A DNA stretch of 63,019 bases, filler included, from Octopus bimaculoides (Eukaryota): the NCBI RefSeq assembly GCF_001194135.2. It is 9 parts of 9 records of this genome, joined end to end, with 100 filler letters (N's around TTAATTAATTAA, not from the genome) between each part and the next. Parts side by side here need not be neighbours in the genome. Positions count along the whole stretch, not along the records: positions 53,130 to 61,778 come from NC_068984.1; positions 61,879 to 63,019 come from NW_026312437.1; 7 more parts are not named here. One strand, given 5' to 3'. The translations under genes were made by a program, and so were the position numbers. Shown here in pieces: positions 53,030 through 63,019 of this stretch (positions are counted from its first letter, which is position 1; every line of letters starts with the position of its first letter). The notes below the pieces were generated by a model. The model worked only from the letters and a program-made list of their open reading frames with translations, had not been told where the DNA came from and searched no databases.

Positions 53030-56000
53030 NNNNNNNNNNNNNNNNNNNNNNNNNNNNNNNNNNNNNNNNNNNNTTAATTAATTAANNNNNNNNNNNNNNN
53101 NNNNNNNNNNNNNNNNNNNNNNNNNNNNNGCTCTTCCGATCTTATATATATATATATATATGTACACTCACAAACACACATATTTATATAAATATACAAA
53201 AACATACATGTATATATGTGCTTATATATAAACATACATATACACATAAACAAATCGAAACTAACAAAGAGGCTTGTAAGACTATAAAATGGAGGCTAAA
53301 TATGGTGGGGAAACCTCGAATGCAATATTGTCAGTCACATCAAACACGCTCTGTATTCATTGTGTGTATTAATTCATATATCTCCCTTTTTATTATCTCC
53401 TGCACTATATTTATCCGAATATGTTCCTTACGTTTATATGTAACCTCATCATTAAGGCAAATGGATAATAAACCAATCAACTTAATATTCAAACTTAGTT
53501 TACTGAGGCGGTTTGAAATTGCTAATACGTGTAAAGTATTGTAACATTCCATTGAATTTGGAGATAATTCTATAATATGAAGTGATTAACTTCATCAAAA
53601 CTCCTAAGGGTATGTATTATCCTACTTCAAAGCGGAATCAATGGCAAAGATTACTAATTGTAATACATTATCTACGTTGATTTATTAATACTTCTAAATT
53701 AGAAACTGTTTCGTAATGAATAAGCCACATTCATGCTCATCACAGGTTTGGCTATTTCTTTAATATGCTATATTATCAAAGTTGTATACATATATTTATG
53801 AAGTGTACTGAGCATTATAAGATTTCTATGCAATTCTAGAAACTAATTAATACTACCTCAGTAATATTTAAAATATGTAGTGCATTCTAAGGGGTAGAAT
53901 TATTAAAAATGGATAAACATGCAGAAACTACATTGATTCTGGACCCCGTAGCTGAGTAGGAGTTTTCTGTATTGCCCATTTCCATTTACTGTTTTCATAT
54001 TCTATCTCTTACTTCTACTACAATTATATTTCTAGTACAAACAGTACTTTTATCGATCATATATGTGCATACATACACAAGCATTCGCGAGCTGAGTGGG
54101 GACACTAAACTCCCTCGTTCGAAAATAAAAGGACGTAGACAGTGCGTCGACAGCCGGCTGGAGACGATGTTTCCTGACGCTAAATGACAGTAACATTCGT
54201 CCTAATCAGGACTGCACATTATGTTTGCAAATAATATTGACTCTCTCTCTCTCTCACACACACACTATATATATNNNNNNNNNNNNNNNNNNNNNNNTAT
54301 ATGTTTGTATAGACACACACACATCACGATCACACATAGAGGCACAAAGATACACACACACACACAGGCACAGACGCACACACGCACATACACAGACACA
54401 CACACATAAACACACGCACACACACACTAATAGCGTAGAAGTGCTGTGATCCAACACGGTTTTGGTGCTGACAGTTTATTTGCCTCTGACATATGCAAGA
54501 GTTGCATAGATAACACAAGGCAAATAATACATGATCGCCAAGTTTTATTTATTAGTGTATGTTATAACGTTGTCCCATATAAAATTCAATAGAGATTCCG
54601 ATAAAATGATCGCTTCTATACAATTCCAAAGTTTAACAACGATAATTACTATGCGATTATGAATTATTGAGTGTGGGGACTGTCATAGGTAAAGCCGACC
54701 CGAATTTATGTAACCTTAGTTTATTACATATATGTTCAGATCTTTTTTCTTTAAGTTATTGCATACTTATATGCCGACAATACACCTTGTAAATAAAAGG
54801 TAAAACTATCTGAGAAAAAGAGGGAGCTGAATATATATGTAATGACCTAAACTTTCATAACTTCTGGTCGGCTTTCCTTCGAAACATTTGTAGGACTTAT
54901 TTAACTACTCCATTTTCTAGACCCAATAGTACACATACACATACACACGCACATGTATATGCTTACATATATATTCTTATATATTCCAGCATACGTGCGA
55001 ACACAAAAATGCAGAGAAACATAACTCGGAGATATACTAGAGTGGTGAGTAACTTTTTTATGAGAACGGAAACGGTTGCATCATGGAAGAGCAATAATAG
55101 CTCTGTAAGAACACAGTCTGTTTTATTCAACCTAAAATGTCAAAAATGTTTCGACATACCTTTGCAACTTGGCTCACAGCTCCACTGCACTCATTAAAAT
55201 TTAATGACTGACGAGTTTGCATAAGCTTCCTCTTGTTACTTGTAATTTTGATTTAAGCAGCTTAATGTATATTGTTATAGATGTTGGTTGGATTATTTTG
55301 TCTAATCTAATATTTGTGGGTCTGTTGTGGGTCTCTTGTTGCGCTTTGAACTATCGATACATGAACCTTTAGTCACTTTCTTGTTTGATCCTCTATTTTT
55401 GCACTATCTATATTGTATATTTATTTATTCATTTCACTATCATTATTTCTTCACCCCCAACCCACATCCCGCAAATAATAGTTGTAGTCTTTTCTCGTCG
55501 GGCTCGGCTCTGAACGTCTGGAGACATTGCCTTCTATAAATAAACTGTCTCAAAAGTATATTTGAAATATCTGTTTATAGTACAAGTCTATCACGATTAA
55601 TTTCTTCATAAGTTGATGTGTTTAAACGTTATGGTAAAAATATTTAAAACTTACATAAAATAAAATATAACGAAAACAATTACAGTTATATATATATATA
55701 TATACATATTTGTATATATATATATATGTATGTATTTGTGTATGCGTGTGTGTGTGTGCGTGTGACTATATTTTTGTTTTATAACATTATTAAAAGAAAA
55801 CTTCGCATCGTGAAATTTGCTTTCTTACGTACAACCAGCAGCAAAGAGTAAAAAATACTATTAATAAGTTCTATCTCTGGTTAAAAAGAAAAAAAACAAG
55901 AATATTGCTAGTGAATTATATAAACAAATAACTATACAAATAAGCGTAAGATAAAAAAGAAAAAAAATAGAGAGAATCGACTAAAGACCGTTGTGTCAAA

Positions 56001-56861
56001 GGTTCAAGCGTCAACAATACTGTAGGCCCCCGATCCGAGATGAAAATTCACTAAAAATAGTGTTTATCAGGAATTTGATGAAGTGTTTATCACCAAGCTT
56101 ACGAACAGAGCGTCCGTATAAACCTGCAGCATAAACTGAGGTCCTAGAGCTTATGCGTTCTTACTATGCACAATTTGCAAGAAGACAGCAAAATACATAG
56201 AAGAGGTAGATGTAGTCTTTATATACAGCAACCAGAACGAAAGCATTTATTAAAATGATGACAGCCAACAACTAATGAAGGGTCGTTCTTTATGTTGTTT
56301 GTTTTGTTTTCCATTTGTGTCTTTCGTTGTCCGAAAGAATAGTTCATGTTCCATGTACTTGTGCTTCGTACTTTTTTGTTGTACACGTTTCATGACGTCC
56401 TGTGCCTACATATGCATATATATATNNNNNNNNNNNNNNNNNNNNNNNNNNNNNNNNNNNNNNNNNNNNNNNNNNNNNNNNNNNNNNNNNNNNNNNNNNN
56501 NNNNNNNNNNNNNNNNNNNNNNNNNNNNNNNNNNNNNNNNNNNNNNNNNTATATATATATATATTTACATATATATGTACGGATACATACATATATATTA
56601 ATATAAACACATGAATGTGAGGAAAATGGAAAGAAAAAGGGAGGTATTCCATGCTGAAAAAATAGTTATTCAATATATTTTATCGAGGCAAAATCTTCAA
56701 AGCCTTTACTCCGAGTTCTCATTTCAGATTTGTGTAAAATAAGAGAAAACTTACTTGAAAAACAGATGAGGGTTGTCGACTGGAAGGGCATTCCTATGTA
56801 AGCCAGTGCTTCAGCCATATATTCATCTAACCCCTGCTAGCATATCTGTTATCGTTTACTT

Positions 56862-57101
56862 CAGTGGTTCCTAAACTTTTTCGGACTGCCGCCCCCTTGA
56901 CATTCGAGCCACATTCCTATCCCCCCCTCTCCCAGCACCACAAACGTAGGCCACTTTCTGCAGCAAATCCCTATTTGTGAATTACTGCTGTTTTCAGCAG
57001 TAATTCACAAATAAAACTTAACCTAATTAACCCATTATTTTATTGCTCTTGATCTTTCCGCCGCCCACAGGGGGCAGTACCGCTCACTTTGGGAATCCTT
57101 G
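56862..57101. mobile_element. hAT-type MITE with 8-bp TSD and central perfect hairpin
   Basis: Ends CAGTGGTTCCTAAA / TTTGGGAATCCTTG; TSD GTTTACTT at 56854-56861 and 57102-57109; 19-bp perfect palindrome at 56972-57013. Confidence 0.88.
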
Positions 57102-58432
57102 GTTTACTTGTTTCAGTCATTGGACTACTCTTTGAAAGATTTAGTTGAACAAATCGACCCCAGTGTTTACTGTTTTTAAGCCTGATACTTATTATATCAG
57201 TGCCCTTTAGCAGACTGCAAAATTACGGGGGCGTAAACAAACCAAAACTGGATGTCAAGAGGTGATATGAACAAACAAACAAACACACACACGACAGTCT
57301 TTTTTCAGTTTCTGTCCGGCAAATCCACTCACAAGGCTTTGGCAGGCTCATGGTTATAGTAGAAAACGCCTAATCAAGATGCCACGCAGTGCGATTGATC
57401 CCTGGGTGAGGCATGTGGTAAGGAAACAAACTTCTTAACGCACAGCCAACCCCTACACCTGCACCTATATATGTATCTATTTAAAAAAAAAATTTCCTCC
57501 TATATCTTGATAAAGTATTTATTTGTTTTACATATTTAGTTATTTTAAATATAGTTGGACATATTTTTTTAGTCAAATTCGCCACGCCACTTTATATAAC
57601 AACGTCGGCTAATTTAGCCAAGCGCAATTGTTGAGCCGCCACAAATGAAAAAGACAGGATGAATATTACCCAACTGTTCAGGAATCTAACTGCCATTGTA
57701 TTGTGTCGTTATTGATTTACTTTAGATAACAACATAAATTAACTTGTTATCTGTGGTTGTTTAATAATTCACATCACACGCACTTCTTTCGAGGATTAAT
57801 TCGCATTTTATAAACTGGCTCCATTACAAGTAACGAGAAAATATGCAATATCTTTTCGAAGATCGATAGGCATTTAATTTATCTTTCTTTACTGTGAAAT
57901 TAATTTTAGTGATTGAATGCTTCTGTGTAAATATTTAAATAAACAAATACATTGACTCATACATACAAGTAGTAATTACTTGGTATTCTATAGTTCATTC
58001 TATAAGGTGGCCCTAATGGCGGCGAGCGGCCAGAATCGCTAGCGCGTGAGTCAAACTGCTTGGCAACATTTCGCTGAGGACGACTTTGTCTTGTATCCTT
58101 TTGGGTTAGATAAAAATAAGTACCAGTAATGTAGTAGAGTCGATTACATCGGCTTGCCTCCTTCCTTAAAAATTGCTGGCCTTGTGCCAAATCTAGAATT
58201 ATATAAGTTGCTATGAGGTACTGAGCTGGCTGAATCGTTAGAAGTGTCGATGAAAATACTTAACGGAATTTCTTACGGCTCTACGGTCTGAGTTCAAATT
58301 CCACTGAGATCGACTTTCACTTTCTAACATTCAAGGTGGAAGAAAATAAATATCAGTTGAGTACCGGATTAATGAAACAAACTCATCGCTCCCCTGAAAT
58401 TAACCTTGTGTCAAAATTTGAAGCCCTTGTTA

Positions 58433-59039
58433 CAGGGTGTTCAAAAAGTCTCGCCGCAGTGAATATTTTCATCCTGCGCATGCGCAACTTGGCTATCACT
58501 GCGTGGGCGGCCGGGTGTCAGCCATTGTCCCTCAGTCATTGTGTACCCTTCAGCGTGTCGACATGCTAACCATTGAAGAACGTACATTTTTAGCTGAATG
58601 AATGTTTCGAGCTGGAAACAAATACACAGATACTGTGAAACAGAAGTTCAGTGAAACTTTTGCAAATACAGTTGTTCCACATCGTGACACTGTGCGGGAT
58701 TTGAAATTCAGGCTCAGTGGAAGACGCAGCAAGAAGCGGTAGGACCTACTGTTCTTTCAGACAAAACACTCTCCAATATTTCTGAAAAACTGTTGGGAAT
58801 CCCGTCGAAGTCCTTACACAAATTGCCACAGGAAACGGAAATCAGCCTAGGGATTGCTCACACTGCAGTAAAAAAGAAATTAAATTTTATGTATTGAAAA
58901 TGAAGGATGACACTTTCAGCACTTCTTATAAAGTCTTTTAAAGTCTTGTAAACTCTAATATATTTTTTGTAGTCTCATACCATCTAATAAATATTTATTT
59001 TACAATAAAATACTGCGTTGAGACATTTTGAACACCCTG
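58433..59039 (+). mobile_element. Tc1/mariner (maT/rosa-like) internal-deletion derivative
   Basis: TIRs CAGGGTGTTCAAAAAGTCTC / GAGACATTTTGAACACCCTG with TA TSDs; N-terminal HTH remnant MLTIEERTFLAE*MFRAGNKYTDTVKQKFSETFANTVVPHRDTVRDL. Confidence 0.88.
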
Positions 59040-60659
59040 TACAAGGAAGATATAAAACAGTGAGCTAGCAGAATCGATAGGACGTCGGCCAAAAGGTTCA
59101 AAATGCCTAGTACCCTTTCTTCTGGTTCTTCGCATTTTGAGTTTAAAATTTCACCGGAGAAGATCGATAAAATAAGTACCAGTTGAACACTGGAGTCAAT
59201 GTAATTAACGAATCCACAACCTCTAAACTTCCTTGCCATTTTCGAAAATTTGAAAGCAGTATGTAAGGTAGCGTGGAGGCGCAATGGCCCAGTGGTTAGG
59301 GCAGCGGACTCGCGGTCGGAGGATCGCGGTTTCGATCCCCAGACCGGGCGTTGTATGTGTTTATTGAGCGAAACACCTAGAGCTCCACGAGGCTCCGGCG
59401 GAGGTTAGTGGCGACCCCTGTTGTACTCTTTCACCCCAACTTTCTCTCACTCTTTCTTCCTGTTTCTTGAGTAAAAAGCTGCGATAGACTGGCGTCCTTC
59501 TTCTTCTTCTTCTTCTTCTTCTTCTTCTTCTTCTTCTTCTTCTTCTGTAACCTAGTACGACCTGTCACATGGTCTGGTCATAGGTGACTAAAACGGCAAC
59601 ACTGCTAAGCCTGCTTTTTAAGGAGGGTCAATTTTGTTAGACATTTTACAGGATGATTTTGCAGGATGATAACTTGTCAAACAACATATAAACCCAATGG
59701 AGTCAACGACCAAATAACAGCTGGGAGTGAGGGTCCCCTAGTCTTCGTATAGATATCTTTCTCTACAAGGAAAACTCCGATGTAACACTTATAAAATCCC
59801 TGACCTGTAGTCCTGAGCCTAATGCCCGTCCGGTATCTGAAATATTGTTTAGTGCTCATAGTTCCCATCAGTCATGCGTACTATAGAATGTTAGTGGTCG
59901 GCATGAACAGTAATGTACTTTGGAAAACCCTGGACGAGGGTTTCGAATTTGGGAAAATCTTCAGAAATTTCTGGCCTGGAACTCGTACTGTGAAATATAA
60001 TCTGTTCGAATACGCTTTACCGAGACAAGTTTAGCATAGTTGCGCTTTTTCGAGATTCTTCATGTGTGACGGAACTGTTCTCAACGCATTTGTTTAATAT
60101 CTGAACATTGGTGATAGAACTGATCTTAGAGACAAGGCCGTTTACTCTAGTTTTACGGAAGATCTATGGTAGACGGAAGATCTATGGTAGACTTGTTTAA
60201 AAGATCTGACGGAGTCCACATCAACTTTTTCAGTATCCACCTGAAACGTATGGTGCGGTGAACAGAAACGTACTGCCCGTGTCGAATTTGATAAATGGAC
60301 GCGATTAGCGACACAGGTACGTGTAAGACAGCCAGTTTCTAAAATCCGGATTGCCTATTGTAGTGAAGAGAGAAACCAGCTACAAAGAACGCAAGGTACT
60401 GAGAACCTACAGTTGCTCTCATCCTTCATTAATGTAGGTCCCTAACTTTGTGAGTGTCGCTATTATTTCTACTGTTATAAATTTTAAATGTCTTTTTTTT
60501 ATTATATACTACCTATTTGCATCGTTCCTCTTTTCAGTATATATTCACACTCCAAACGTGTTTGCTTGAAATAAGATTGTTCATATGTTTTTTACGTACG
60601 TGTCAGGGTCTTCTAGCCAGTAAAGGACTTGGTCAGTATTATCCACGTGTCCACATATT

Positions 60660-61005
60660 GCTGCTGGGACACCCTTCGATCATGACTGACCATGGGATTG
60701 CACCTAGAAAGTTACACTTCCAGGCACAAGTCCGGTCAAGGTTGTTTTATGGAAAACCAGCGGTCGCCTGTGCATAGCGGCCTCCCCTCTCCACGCCACC
60801 AGTGTTGTTCAAGGGAAAGGCAAAGGGGCCGATACAGCTTGGCACCTGTGACGTCGCAACTCATTTCTACAGCTGAGTGAACTGGAGCACCGTGAAATGA
60901 AGTGTCTTGCTCAAGAACACAACACGCAGCCCGGTCCGGGATTCGAACTCACAACCTCACGATCGTAAGCTCGACGCTCTAACCACTGAGCCATGCGCCT
61001 TCACT
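60660..61005 (-). mobile_element. full-length tRNA-headed SINE, family D (V-domain-like core), 12-bp TSD
   Basis: A box TGGCTCAGTGGTTAG, B box GTTCGAATCC, core GTGTTCTTGAGCAAGACACTT; TSD TGTCCACATATT at 60648-60659 and 61006-61017. Confidence 0.88.
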
Positions 61006-61140
61006 TGTCCACATATTATGTATACTATATATACTATATTTTTGTATACAATATTTTGAATATTATGCGTTTGATTTATTCCTATCTTTCTCCACATAAC
61101 GTGCTCCTCATTCGACACCTCTGTAGAAAGTAAAAGCAAT

Positions 61141-61141
61141 A

Positions 61142-61215
<74 letters not shown>

Positions 61216-61378
61216 CACGACCACCACCGCCGCCGCGACCACTGCGATCACCGCCGCCGCCACCAGCACCACCACCACCACCAACACCACCACCACTACA
61301 CCCTACTACTACTACTACTACTACTACTGCTACTGTTGCTACTACTACTGCTACTGTTGCTACTACTACTACTACTAT
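61141..61378. repeat. (ACT)n/(ACC)n/(GCC)n compound microsatellite
   Basis: Read directly from the sequence. Confidence 0.9.
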
Positions 61379-62047
61379 AGAAAATATACTTTACCGTGCT
61401 GCTTTATGTTTTTCAAAAAAAAAAAAATAATAATAATCATCATCTATAATTCAAGCGCTTGCGCTCTGTGTCGAATGATGGAGGGTGGCTGTGGTGGTGG
61501 TGGTGATAGGTGGTTCAAATGTAACCTGACGCTTATGTTACATTTTGTTGCACACAGACCGGAAGTCGATAGAGGTCGCGTGTGTGCCCATATATTTAAC
61601 TGAAATAGTACACCCAACATGTCGTTGCTATAGGCGCATTCATATGTATGACTGTAATGTCAACGGCAGCAGAATTCTTCTCTTTTCTCTCCCATCTCTT
61701 CGTCTCAATAATAATTCTTTATGTCCTGCTTTTTCGCTCACTCTTTCTCTCCTTATATATATATATATATATATATATNNNNNNNNNNNNNNNNNNNNNN
61801 NNNNNNNNNNNNNNNNNNNNNNTTAATTAATTAANNNNNNNNNNNNNNNNNNNNNNNNNNNNNNNNNNNNNNNNNNNNATATACATATACATATATATAT
61901 ATTTATTCATATTTATATTTTTAATTATATTTTTATAAATCGGTGTGTTACAGAGTAAGTCACGTACTGAGAGGTTATTACATTACCACTTATCATATAT
62001 ATACATACATACACGCATACATACATACGTACATACATACATACATA

Positions 62048-63019
62048 TTTAAGTGTTATAAAAAAATCTAAAGAAATCCCCACCGTTGGGTACATGAAAA
62101 GACTAAAGTCCTACTGGGATGATCTACACCCAGAATTAAGTAATTTTACTGCAAAACAATTACGCCAACAAGCAACATTTGTTTTAAGTATGAAAAAAGT
62201 AAATGAGTGTAATTTTATTCCAAACAAAAGTGAAATTGACACCGTTTCAAACTTTAGAAACGAGAATGTGAACAATGACGATGGAACAGCCATTGATTCT
62301 GTAGCCAACGACAATCCCACGCTACATAGAGATAGCAGTAATTCTAGCAATACTTCTATAGCTAGTGGGAGGCGAGGGGTGGTATAAGCTCAACAGATAC
62401 ACCCTGTCAGCATCCCCAGCCACCCATGGCTGAAGCGGCTGACCTATTTACCCAAACTGATATCATTGACCACGAAGAATATGCATCAGTGAAGCACGAC
62501 CTAAATAATATATTCCATGAACACATTCCATCCGCCTTACAAGACGCCCTTGAAAATAGGGGCTTCTCTACCAAAATAAACCGAAGGCCGAAAGAGATTA
62601 TATTAAGAGCAATCGACGACATAGGAAGAGATTATCTACAACTATGTAATGAAACCTCGTTCTGGCAGATTAACGCTTGTATATATGCATTGGCTGTTGC
62701 TACGAAACAATATATGAATGACACACACACTATAAATAAACACAACACGAATGAACATAAAAGCATAACCGAGAGAACTGTGCCAGCATGCGTTCTGAAA
62801 ACAGAGAAGTGAATCGCATGGTTACGGAAGACCATCAGTCACGTGACAATGCTTATCGCCTGCAAAGAAACAGGCTACTATACGTCCCACCAGCAGAGAT
62901 TAAAGAAAAGGATGGAAGTAATGTTTGGGGACAGTAAGAAAGCAGCTCTCAGGTGCAAACTAATCACTTTCAAACAAGAATTGAAGGCTGTCAGTGAGAG
63001 ACTCCGATACCAGAAGAGA
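62048..63019 (+). mobile_element. N-terminal part of an R4/Dong-type retrotransposon ORF, starting after (TACA)n and running off the window
   Basis: MKRLKSYWDDLHPELSNFTAKQLRQQA, SFWQINACIYALAVA and FKQELKAVSERLRYQK resemble the pre-RT region of R4-clade ORFs; stops present. Confidence 0.7.

Noticed and set aside
53130-53142. GCTCTTCCGATCT at a contig edge
   Set aside because: Illumina adapter remnant, not biology.
59930-59975. Minus-strand CTGAAGA...GAAA...GTC hammerhead-like spacing
   Set aside because: Stem II cannot close next to the core; likely chance.

Overview
Repeat-dense, AT-rich eukaryotic genomic window from a gapped short-read assembly. The microsatellite load and the SINE/LINE families suggest an octopod cephalopod, but that is inference. 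Three host-gene signals were found. (1) An intact, intronless 399-aa cytoplasmic poly(A)-binding-protein paralog (20128-21327, +) with four RRMs and no linker or MLLE domain. (2) One clean phase-0/0 internal cadherin-repeat exon (46846-47091, -). (3) An ankyrin-repeat exon (11394-11569, -) followed by a tandemly duplicated intron and stop-riddled exon sequence, probably a pseudogene. The rest is mobile DNA: Penelope-like RT and GIY-YIG fragments with nearby hammerhead-ribozyme-like motifs, RTE and CR1 LINEs, two microsatellite-associated R4/Dong-type families ((TAA)n and apparently (TACA)n), four tRNA-headed SINE families, mariner/maT and hAT derivatives, and MITEs. Assembly artefacts (TTAATTAATTAA gap spacers, an Illumina adapter remnant) are also present. 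All family assignments come from motif recognition by eye, not database searches.
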